Assembly: GCA_965178125.1 (NCBI GenBank)
Contig: CBCXTV010000012.1
Span: 1-35,300 of the forward strand
Reading direction: 5' to 3'
DNA length: 35,300 bases
From: Bilabrum cf. latius
Taxonomy: Eukaryota
The position numbers and the translations under genes are program-made. The stretch's first letter is position 1. Each line of letters begins with the position of its first letter. The notes beneath the pieces are model-generated. The model did no database searches, was not told the origin of the DNA, and saw only the letters and a list, made by a program, of their open reading frames with translations. Of the stretch, positions 20,936 through 32,236 are shown piece by piece.

Positions 20936-21650
20936 CAAGAAGGTGGCAGATCTCTCTTGGGGAAATGCCATGATCAGACTGGAAAACCATGAATGAAAAG
21001 AACACGGAAATGTCGAACTCTGCAGAAATGACGAGACCCTCAAAGAAATACAGTGGTGTGTCTGAAGCCCAACAGTTCCACTGAATGGTTTCCGGACGAG
21101 ATCATACACATTGCATATGGCATCACAGTTAACTTCGCGTTTAAAAAAAAACCAACCAAAGACCACCCGTCCACCCAGGGGATGTGTGACAATTGTGCGT
21201 GTGACAAAAGGCTGCGGCTCCTACAGCATGCTCACCTCCCGGCGAGCGTTGTTGGATACGACGCATACCGGCGAACTTTGTCTCGCTGGGGCCTCACCCG
21301 GCAGACACGCCTGGTCGGCTTGCGCCCAAGCGCAACGCACACGCGCAACTCGGTGCACGCGGGAAACAGGTTCGTGCAGGCGTTGGAGACGCTCTGTGGT
21401 AGCGCGATCCAATACATGACGCGCTTGGGACCCCCTCCTCATTCTTACGCCGCCGTTACGACAGAGCGGCTGGCAGCACATCCTTTCCTTGTGCGCTGCA
21501 AGGCAACGCGGCATCCGGACACCGTTGAGAAGCCCCCGCACATACTTGCTGCCCTGGGCCGACAGAGCTTGTGGACGCTCCGGGCCGGCAACGGTGGATC
21601 CTCGCTCAGAGCACGGAGGGCTGGTGCACGGTCCGAAGCGCAGGCGGTCG

Positions 21651-21765
<115 letters not shown>

Positions 21766-22759
21766 TCAGACTATCAGCGTCCGAGGACGCAACCTCGAAA
21801 GAGGCATCTATGATGATTATGATCTCGTTGGGAAACTCTCAAATGGAAGCCCAAGAAAATACGACCGCCAAGTCATAAGGCGACAGTGCCAAACAGAAGA
21901 CGGGCACACACATGAAACACCGAGCACTGTCACATTGGAGGCCAAGCGCTCTCCGGCCAAATGCGACATGTGAGTACGTCGTGTCATAGCATCCCCTTAC
22001 CTGTCAATGTGCAAGGCGAGTCCCCCTCTGGTGTCCCTCAGCCTACCATTCGACCGTCAAAGAACCGCCTCGGAGCTGGGCTGGGCCTTCACTTCAACAT
22101 AGGGACAAGCACTGACTTGAGACACGCTGCAAACACATGTTGTTCATGCCAGTAGGCTGTGCCATGTCAACACCTTGCTGCCAGTGAGGATGCCCATCCT
22201 CTTTCGTTCTACAAGCCCCTGCGCATACCACTCGACCGTCAAAGATCGGCCTCGAAGCCGGGCCCGGCCTTCACAGCAACATAGAGACATCCACGGAAAT
22301 GAGACACCCCGGAAACACACATTATTCATGCGAGCGGCCTGCGCAATGTCCACCCTTAGCCGGTCAAGGTGCCATGCCGAGTCACTTGTTCAAGCCTGCG
22401 CGCCTGCCACTCGACCGTCAGAGATCGCCCTGGAAGCTGGGCAAAACTGTCCCGCGCCCGGGCCTGGCCATGGCCCGGGCCCGAGGGCCCGGGCGCCAGG
22501 CCCGGGCCAGAGGCCGGCCCGGGCACCGGCCCGGGCCCAAAGTTTGACGGCACGAGCAAAGATGTCGGACCTTACTTCTGCGGGCGGGACGTCCGCCCTG
22601 TCGGCCCGCATGGGCAGTTCAGTCCGCCGCCCGGGCGCTTCCCGGGCAGAGGGCGCGCGCTCCCGCGACGGGAGGCGAAGCGCTCACCCTTCGGCGCGGC
22701 AAAGCGCTCGCGCGGGCGAGGCGAAGCGGCCTCGGGCGGCCAAGCACCGGCCGCCGCAC

Positions 22760-25478
22760 TCATCCGGAGGAGAGCTCCTCGTCGGACTCGAGGCCCTCCT
22801 GCGCCCAGTCGGGGCCCAAGAAGTAGTCCCACAAGTGCCGGTTGTAGAGCTGCTTGTAGAGCAAGGCCTCGTGAGGCGCCGCCGTCCGGGCGTCGTCGAC
22901 CTCGAGCGCCACCGGCTTGTACCAGGTAGTGTCCGCCTTGGTGTTGGTGGGGGGGGGGAAGAGGGGGGAAATGGGTGGGTGGGCTTTGTGGTCGCGGGTG
23001 GGGCTGAGCGGGGGGTTTCTGGGGAGGCAAAGCGCTCTCCCGGTGAGAGCAAAAATCAGAACGCCAATGACCGCAACCGCCTCGGCCAACTCAGCGAAGA
23101 CCCGGCGCTGGTAGACCGAAATGGCCTGCCGGCGCTTCCGCGCTTGCTCCTTCGTGAGGCGATGGACCACCTCGTCGAGCGCTCGCTCGTCACACACAAG
23201 CTGCTCCGCCAATCGGGTGATAGGGCTGGGTCTCCCCCCCGGGGTGGTGCCGTAGCCCTCGGGATCCTCTCTGAGCATCGCCGGACCGCGGTCCTGGCTC
23301 TGGAGCGGACGAGCTCTCCTCCCGCGCGGCCAAGCGCTCGCGGACCCGCATGCTGCTCGGACCTTTCCTTCCATGCCCGGCGGGCGGCCTGCTCTTGCTG
23401 GTCCGGGCTCACAGGCGGGCCGATCCATTGACCATGCCAGTCAACCCACCATCTCCGCCACAGCCTCTCCGACCAGGCCGGGTCGGAGACTGCCGTCGGG
23501 GGGAGCTGCGTCTTCCAGTGCAGCCCCGGAGCGCTCAAGTTGAGCTTTTCAAGCCACAGCGGTGGCCCTTTGTCCGTCCACCCGCAGAGGTGCCGCTCGC
23601 CCTTTGCGCAACGGAACCCCTCCCCGACCCAGCTATTCTTCCAGCTGGAGTTGCGGACCCATCGGCCTTTCTCGCACCCGCTCACATGGGCTTCGTACGA
23701 CCCGGCGCTCGGCCATAAATAGCAGGCACCTACGGTGTTCTGCGCCCCGCCGGCGAGCCACTGGGCCAGGATAATGTCCAGGTGATTGGGCGTGGACCTT
23801 TCGAGCACCTCAAGAAAGGCCGCCGCGAAAGTTTTCGTGAAGGCGACGAGGGTCGTGGCATGGCCCGGCTGCCACTTCCTATGGGATTGGCCCTCCCAAC
23901 AAAGCCACACGAAGTTCCCACGACCTTGGCGCGCCGCTGCGGTCGCGATGTGGATCAGATCCACGAGCTCCTGCGACGGTTTCGCCTTCGGAGGCTTGTG
24001 CTTCCATCCCAGGAAGCACCTTTGCTGCGCCTTTTTGGACGCTTGGGACACCCGGAACTTTTTCGCCTGCCGCTCGTGCCCGTCTGTGCCCGGCGCGGCC
24101 GGCGGGTCTCTCCCCTCGGTTTTTTTCGGAGGTCCCAACGGTCTGGGGCGAAGCGCTCCCAGCTGAGCCCGGCAAAGCGCTCGGGGCGGAGGGCGTCACT
24201 TGGCCGACGTCGTTTTCCTGTTTTTCCTCCTTCGTCGTGGGTGCTGTCGGCCCCGCAGCAGCGGGTGGGGAGGAGGCGGGAGGCGAAGCGCTCTCCCCGG
24301 TTCGCTCCGGCGCGCTCGGTTGCGCGCTCTGGGTTCCCGAGGGGGCGCCCCGAGGTTCCGACCCCGCCCCTGTCGCCGGCTCTTCCCTCGTCGACACGAA
24401 GAGGGCGCGGACGTCCTCGTGGAGCTGCTGCGAGATCGTCTTGCCAGCGAAGCTGCCCCAGTGTCGGTTACTGTCCGCCCAGCAATCCTTCTCGTACATG
24501 CGGTAGTCGCCTTCGGCCAGGATGAACAACGTGTCTTCCGGCAGCCGGGGGTCGACGCAATGCCGAAGGAGTATGTCCTTGGATGGAAATGGTTATCAAA
24601 ACAGGCCTGCAGGCCCCCCTCCCCCCCCCCAAAAAAAAAAGGCCTCGAGGCCCCAAGATTTTTCTCTGGTCTAATCGTCCTTCCAGAAGTGGAAGACGGC
24701 GTGCCTCCTCTCGCAAAGCGGGCTCTCTTGACGCCGCCCGTCCCACCATTTCCACACACTGGCAGGGGCGGAATCTCATCGACATGTACGGGAGGGTCGC
24801 GACCTCGGCTTCGTCCTCGTGGGTGAGCGTCATCACCTTGAGGCATGGCTCGGGTGTCCAATGGCCCCGGGGCTAAGCGCTCCCGGTTCACCGGGCCACG
24901 CGCTCGCGGCGCTGCCGGGGCCAAGCGCTCCCGGCTTCACTGTCGCCTTCTCGGGCCCCCGCACCCCGCGCCACTTCCCACCCGGCCCGGCGCTCCCACC
25001 CCAAGAAGGCCCTCCGCCCGTCCCGCCCTGTTCCCGGATTCCCCCCCGCCCCACCGCCCGCCCGGCCCGGCCCGAGGGAACGGACCCACCCAAGACATAT
25101 GCACGACAACAACATGAACCTGCACTGGCCGCCCTTCGATGACCTTCAACGTCGACTGCGGGTTGAACCTCGCCGGGGCGCTGTTCAACTGCGTCCGCGC
25201 GTACTCCGCCGCGAAGAACTGCAGGTCATCATGGATCTTCTTCGCCGCCGGGCTCGTCGGGTCCAATGCTTTCCCCATCAGCTTCTGCCACTCCTGCTCA
25301 GTGTAGGCCTCGGCGCCGCCGGACTGGTAATTCGTGACTTCGCGCACGAACGCCATCCTCGTCTCCTTCTCCGCCTCCTCCCATCGCTTCTGGCGCTCGT
25401 CCGTCGTGAGGAGGTTCTCCCTCTGGTGCCGGCCTTTCACCTGCTTCAGCAGTCGTCGCCGGACCCGCCGGACGCCAT
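22760..25478 (-). pseudogene. Second copy of the GT25-like gene, with different frameshifts
   Basis: Near-identical to 1346-4083, with indels near 23320, 24125, 24540 and 25450. Confidence 0.5.
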
Positions 25479-25678
25479 GGCGGGGCGCGCTCGCGCCCCA
25501 AGGGGTCCACTGGCGGCTAAGCGCTCGCCGTGCCGACGCGGCTGAACGATGGCCACGAGCGCGGGCGGAGGCGACTCACCAGACACCGGACTTTCCTTGT
25601 CATGCAAGATGCCCGGGAAGCCCCCGGCATGGACGGCAAAGCGCTCGCCCTGTGCCGGGGTGATCTCCGTCCCTGAGA

Positions 25679-26037
25679 TCATGGCCAGAGGACACCCTTC
25701 TGCTTCAAATTCACTTCGCGCAAGCGTGCCCCCCCCCCCGGCATGCCCACACCAAGCCATGCACACCGCTGCTGGAACTCCCAGCAATCCCTCCCTGCGA
25801 CGGGCAACTTGGCATTCGGATGCCTCCGGTCCAACCACAGCATGTAACTTCGCAAGCGTTTGTCTTGCGTCTCGAAATTCCATGTCTCCCCGGCTGTACC
25901 GGCTCCAAAGGCCCCATCATGCCATCGAGCAACCATGGCTGTCCAGGACCCCGCTTTTGCACCCATGCTAGGTACTGCCTCAGGCCCTCCGGGCCCGCTC
26001 GCCCGGAGAGTTCGCCCATGAGCCCTGACTGCGCCAT
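25679..26037 (-). pseudogene. MAQSG ORF copy with a frameshift
   Basis: 1-nt deletion near 25890 relative to 4285-4644. Confidence 0.55.
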
Positions 26038-28161
26038 GTTCGAACCGCCGCGTCTGCAGACACCCTTGTTACTCCAAGCGTGACGACCTCATGCGTCGAC
26101 AAGCTCGAATGCGAAAAGAACATGACGCACACGGAGACCCACAAAAAAAACACATGCAACTACCTGAGGTCGATGGAGAGGTTTGCCCTGAACGCCACAG
26201 CCACCAAGGGGTCGCACCCAGCCAACAACGCGTTGCCACCCAGGTGTCGGGACAGTCCCGGCGCTGGTCTTCCTCCGCACCGCGGCCAAGCGCTCGCGCC
26301 TCCGGGTGCGCGGCGAAGCGCTCGCGCTATCCATGTACTTTCTCGGTTGCACCATCGCCGGCGCGGGGCCGGCAACAGCAGCGCGCCCGCATGGGACGAC
26401 CTTTCCGGCACGCAGGCGGCCCCGATTTTGGGGCTGGATTTTGGCCCCGAAATCTGCGGGCCAAAGGGTGTCCCCCAACTGTTGGCGATCCCCTCTTTCG
26501 AGCACACCTTTCGGGACCAAAATCCGGCCCCGAAAACAAGCCCGCCCAAGGGCGCTTTGCGTCACGCTACTGTGGGGTCCTCGAGGGGCCCAAAAAACGA
26601 ACCGGGGACGGGACCCGAAAAGGGTCGCGACCGGGGCCCCTTTTCAGGGGCCGTGGTCTCATGAGAGCTAGACTGATGTTCACCTGGAGGTGAGGCCCTG
26701 CCTCGGCCCGACAAGCGTCTCCCCGCTCCACCCGGGTCGGCCCATGCGGAATCCGGCGGCCGTGGCAGTTGGCGGTAGTCAGTGACCCAGGATGGGCCTC
26801 GAGATGGGGCCGGCGAAGCGCTCGCCCTGTGGTCCCTGCGATAGGAAGAGCTGGGAATGGCGCCTCTTCTTTCCCTGCGTCTGCTGAGAACCGGCGGCTG
26901 CAGCAAGCGTCGCGGGCTGCGGGGCTGCTTGACGCAGCCCCTGTCGCGCTGCTGGGGCCCAGCGTCCGGGACTCAGAGCCGGCGCCTGCGGCTGGGGGCT
27001 GGTGCTGCGGTGCTGCTGCACGCAGCCTCTGTGGCCCTGCCATGGCCCAACGCCAGCGGCTCAGTCGGCTGAGGCTGCTTCTGTGGCGCATCGACCTTCT
27101 TCGGCAAGCCCCATTTCTTCACATAGCTCCAAGCCCGAAAGTCCGCGTCCGTCCACAAGCCCTCCTTCCAAGTCCGCCAATCATTGCCGTCCCACTTCTG
27201 GGCGCGGCGCCAAGCTGCCTCCCACTCCTCCTTCTCTTGTGGGGTCCAGTCGCGCTCAGCCGCTGCAAACGCCCTCGCCGCGGTGGCCTTCATCGACGCG
27301 GCCCGTCGTGCTCCCTCGAGCCGAGTGACGCGGAGGCCCATCCTCGCCAAGTGAGCGCCAAGTCGTCATCACCTTGAGGCATGGCTCGGGTGTCCAATGG
27401 CCCCGGGGCTAAGCGCTCCCGGTTCACCGGGCCACGCGCTCGCGGCGCTGCCGGGGCCAAGCGCTCCCGGCTTCACTGTCGCCTTCTCGGGCCCCCGCAC
27501 CCCGCGCCACTTCCCACCCGGCCCGGCGCTCCCACCCCAAGAAGGCCCTCCGCCCGTCCCGCCCTGTTCCCGGATTCCCCCCCGCTCCACCGCCCGCCCG
27601 GCCCGGCCCGAGGGAACGGACCCACCCAAGACATATGGACGACAACAACATGAACCTGCACTGGCCGCCCTTCGATGACCTTCAACGTCGACTGCGGGTT
27701 GAACCTCGCCGGGGCGCTGTTCAACTGCGTCCGCGCGTACTCCGCCGCGAAGAACTGCAGGTCATCATGGATCTTCTTCGCCGCCGGGCTCGTCGGGTCC
27801 AATGCTTCCCCCATCAGCTTCTGCCACTCCTGCTCAGTGTAGGCCTCGGCGCCGCCGGACTGGTAGTTCGTGACTTCGTGCACGAACGCCATCCTCGTCT
27901 CCTTCTCCGCCTCCTCCCATCGCTTCTGGCGCTCGTCCGTCGTGAGGAGGTTCTCCTTCTGGTGCCGGCCTTTCACCAGCTTCAGCCAGTCGTCGCCGGA
28001 CCCGCCGGACGCCATGGCGGGGCGCGCTCGCGCCCCAAGGGGTCGACTGGCGGCTAAGCGCTCGCCGTGCCGACTTTCCTTGTCATGCAAGATGCCCGGG
28101 AAGCCCCCGGCATGGACGGCAAAGCGCTCGCCCTGTGCCGGGGTGATCTCCGTCCCTGAGA

Positions 28162-28518
28162 TCATGGCCAGAGGACACCCTTCTGCTTCAAATTCACTTC
28201 GCGCAAGCGTGCCCCCCCTGGCATGCCCACACCAAGCCATGCACACCGCTGCTGGAACTCCCAGCAATCCCTCCCTGCGACGGGCAACTTGGCATTCGGA
28301 TGCCTCCGGTCCAACCACAGCATGTAACTTCGCAAGCGTTTGTCTTGCGTCTCGAAATTCATGTCTCCCCGGGCTGTACCGGCTCCAAAGGCCCCATCAT
28401 GCCATCGAGCAACCATGGCTGTCCAGGACCCCCGCTTTTGCACCCATGCCAAGTACTGCCTCAGGCCCTCCGGGCCCGCTCGCCCGGAGAGTTCGCCCAT
28501 GAGCCCTGACTGCGCCAT
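28162..28518 (-). CDS. MAQSG ORF copy with two compensating indels
   Basis: Same N- and C-termini; the internal segment is in a shifted frame. Confidence 0.45.
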   Translation of the reverse strand: MAQSGLMGELSGRAGPEGLRQYLAWVQKRGSWTAMVARWHDGAFGAGTARGDMNFETQDKRLRSYMLWLDRRHPNAKLPVAGRDCWEFQQRCAWLGVGMPGGARLREVNLKQKGVLWP

Positions 28519-29038
28519 GTTCGAACCGCCGCGTCTGCAGACACCCTTGTTACTCCAAGCGTGACGACCTCATGCGTCGACAAGCTCGAATGCGAAAAGA
28601 ACATGACGCACACGGAGACCCACAAAAAAAACACATGCGGTCCCAGAAAGGATGCGGTGCCACCTGGCCCAACACGAGCTGGTGTACTAGGCGTGCGCGG
28701 CGCTACGCCGAGTTTAAGGTGCCGATCAGCTTCCTCTGCAACCGCTACGCCACCTGGACCCCTGCCACACAGAGAGACGCCCGGTCCCTGCCACACAGAG
28801 CCACGCGGGCGGGCGAGCGGCCGCCCGCGCGGCCGGGCGGCCGGGCGGCCGGGCGGCCGGGCGGCCGGGCAGGCGGGCGGACGGCCGGGCGGGCGGGAGG
28901 GCGGGCGGCTCGCGTTACGAAGGTGGGCTCCAAATCCACACTCAATTGACCTAGGCCTTCTTTTGCCGATCTCTAAAGCGATCGCACCGCGGAGTGAGCG
29001 CCTCGCGTCGCGGGGCGATGGGCTCCCGCCGTCGCCGA

Positions 29039-29662
29039 CTACTCCAGGGGCATGCGCGTCACGTCTCCTGGGGCGTCAGTTTCGCCTAGCCGCCTCTTCT
29101 TTCCCTGCGTCTGCTGAGAACCTGCGGCTGCAGCAGCGTCGCGGGCTGCGGGGCTGCTTGACGCAGCCCCTGTCGCGCTGCTGGGGCCCAGCGTCCGGGA
29201 CTCAGAGCCGGCGCCTGCGGCTGGGGCTGGTGCTGCGGTGCTGCTGCACGCAGCCTCTGTGGCCCTGCCATGGCCCAACGCCAGCGGCTCAGTCGGCTGA
29301 GGCTGCTTCTGTGGCGCATCGACCTTCTGCGGCAAGCCCCATTTCTTCACATAGCTCCAAGCCCGAAAGTCCGCGTCCGTCCACCAGCCTTCCTTCCAAG
29401 TCCGCCAATCATTGCCGTCCCACTTCTGGGCGCGGCGCCAAGCTGCCTCCCACTCCTCCTTCTCTTGTGGGGTCCAGTCGCGCTCAGCCGCTGCAACGCC
29501 CTCGCCGCGGTGGCCTTCATCGACGCGGCCCGTCGTGCTCGCCTCGAGCCGAGTGACGCGGAGGCCCATCCTCGCCAAGTGAGCGCCCAAGTCGTCGAGG
29601 TCCGTCAGCTCCCGCAATCCAATGAACAGACCGCGCGTGGCCGAGGGCTCCTCCGCCGCCAT
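29039..29662 (-). CDS. Trp-rich hypothetical protein, intact 207-aa copy
   Basis: Uninterrupted MAAEEP...GDVTRMPLE*. Confidence 0.65.
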   Translation of the reverse strand: MAAEEPSATRGLFIGLRELTDLDDLGAHLARMGLRVTRLEASTTGRVDEGHRGEGVAAAERDWTPQEKEEWEAAWRRAQKWDGNDWRTWKEGWWTDADFRAWSYVKKWGLPQKVDAPQKQPQPTEPLALGHGRATEAACSSTAAPAPAAGAGSESRTLGPSSATGAASSSPAARDAAAAAGSQQTQGKKRRLGETDAPGDVTRMPLE

Positions 29663-30055
29663 CTGCTCGCCGCGCCGGGAGCACAAGACGCAACAACAAC
29701 AACAACTTGCTCGAGAACAAAAATACGGAGCCCGTCCGATGAAGGTGTCCATATGTTTGCGAGCACACGAACATTGGCATGCTGCCGGACCGCGGTCCAG
29801 GCTCTGGCGCGGACCAGCACTCCTCCCCCCGCGGCCAAGCGCTCGCGGACCCGCATCCAATGAACAGACCGCGCGTGGCCGAGGGCTCCTCCGCCGCCAT
29901 CTGCTCGCCGCGCCGGGAGCACAAGACGCAACAACAACAACTTGCTCGAGAACAAAAATACGGAGCCCGTCCGATGAAGGTGTCCATATGTTTGCGAGCA
30001 CACGAACATTGGCATGCTGCCGGACCGCGGTCCAGGCTCTGGCGCGGACCAGCAC

Positions 30056-30093
<38 letters not shown>

Positions 30094-30916
30094 CGGCCAA
30101 GCGCTCGCGGACCCGCATGCTGCTCGGACCTTTCCTTCCATGCCCGGCGGGTGGAAAAACACGCACTGGTGAATGGTAGGTCCCCACGACCTGTTGGCGT
30201 TCCCCCTTTCGAGCACACCTTTCGGGGCCAAAACCCGGCCCGCGAAGCGTCCCCACGAACTGTTGGATATCCCCTCTTTCGAGCACACCTTTCGGGACCA
30301 AAATCCGGCCCCGAAAACAAGCCCGCCCAAGGGCGCTTTGCGTCACGCTACTGTGGGGTCCTCGAGGGGCCCATAAAACGAACCGGGGACGGGGCCCGCA
30401 AAGGGTCGCGACCGGGGCCCCTGTCAAGGGGCCGTGGGCAAGACTGATGTACACCTGGAGGTGAGGCCTTGCCTCGGCCCGACAAGCGAAGCGCTCCGTC
30501 TCCCCGCTCCACCCGGGTCGGCCCATGCGGAATCCGGCGGTCGTGGCAGTTGGCGGTAGTCAGTGACCCAGGATGGGCCTCGAGATGGGGCCGGCGAAGC
30601 GCTCGCCCTGTGGTCCCTGCGATAGGAAGAGCTGGGAATGGCGGCCCGCGGCCTGCTGCGACTAGAGCGTCAAAGTCGACAAGGTCCCAGAAAGGATGCG
30701 GTGCCACCTGGCCCAACAAGAGCTGGTGTACTAGGCGTGCGCGGCGCTACGCGGAGCTTAAGGTGCCGATCAGCTTCCTCTGCAACCGCTACGACACCTG
30801 GACCCCTGCCACACAGAGAGACGCCCGGCCCCTGCCACACTGAGAGATGCCGACGGCGCGCTGCCAGCGGAAGCACATTGGGCGAAGCGGACCCGGACAT
30901 CCTCGAGACCCTGGAA

Positions 30917-32236
30917 GAAATCCATGCCGGCGCCATCGAAATCCATGCCGCCGCCGCCATCGAAATCCATTGCCGCCGCCATCGAAATCCATGCCGCCGC
31001 CACCGAAATCCATGCCGCCGCCGCCATCGAAATCCATCCCGCCGCCAGCACCGAAATCCATGCCGCCGCCACCGAAATCCATGCCGCCGCCGCCATCGAA
31101 ATCCGTGCCGGGCGTGCGCGGCGCGACGAGAGGCTGAAGATGCCGATCAGCTTCCTCTGCAACCGCTACGCCACCTGGACCCCTGCCACACGGAGAGACA
31201 CCCGACCCCTGCCACACAGAAACATGCCGACGGCGCGCTGCCAACGGAAGCACATGCCGCTAGTGTAGAAGGCCCGACGCCGCCGCCGCCACCGAAATGC
31301 ATTGCCGCCGCCACCGAAATCCATGCCGCCGCAGCCATCGAAATCCATGCCGCCGCCACCGAAATCCATGCCGCCGCCGCCACCGAAATCCATGCCGCCG
31401 CCATCGAAATCCATGCCGCCGCAGCCACCGAAATCCGGCCGCGATCTCCCTGCGAGGCCCGGCCTCCTGATCGAGGCTGAGCGCGGACGATAGGAAGAGC
31501 TGGGAATGGCGCGCGGTCCCGCGAAGGTGTGACGCGGGCACTTTCCACGGAGCAAGGCGCATTCGGTGTCCATTGCCCCGGAGCGAAACCTTTTCGGGGA
31601 TTACGTGCGGATGAGGCTGGCCGATGCAGAATGAATGATATCATCGAGCGCACGACCTCGCTTGCCGCACCCGTTCTTCTACGCCGCGGCGTTAGATTCG
31701 GCGAGAGCGAGCTGCAACCGCCGAGAGCGGTACTACAGCTCCGTCTCGCCAGCCCACCGTCACTTTCAATCAAATCCGCTAGAATTTCCAGCGCTGTGCG
31801 GGAACGCGAGATTCAGAACGCGCACCTCCGAGGAATTCCTGTTCGAGACTTTCCCCTGGCTTTGACCCAGCACTGGTGATTGAGGCCACAGCGGCGGCCG
31901 AGCGGGTGGCTGCAGCAGCGGCGGCCGAGTCCGCAACGGCGGCGGTTACGGCAGGGACCCCGCAAACTCTCTACAGGAAACCGAACGCCAGGTTTGCTGG
32001 GTGGAGACCCCAGAACCCTTGGCCATGAAACCTCGCCATAGAAGGAAGGAGAGGCTCTTCGGCTTTATGACTCTGGGATAGGAAGAGCTGGGAATAGCGG
32101 GCGGGCAGAAGTCCGGCCAGCCGGCCACCGAAATCCACGCCGCCGCCGCCGCCATCGAAATCCATGCCGCCGCCACCGAAATCCATGCCGCCGTCGCCAC
32201 CGAAATCCATGCCGCCGCCACCACCGAAATCCATGC
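30917..32236. repeat. Three minisatellite arrays of the second unit (30917-31110, 31294-31436, 32130-32236)
   Basis: Same GAAATCCATGCC(GCC)n units as 9501-10846. Confidence 0.95.
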
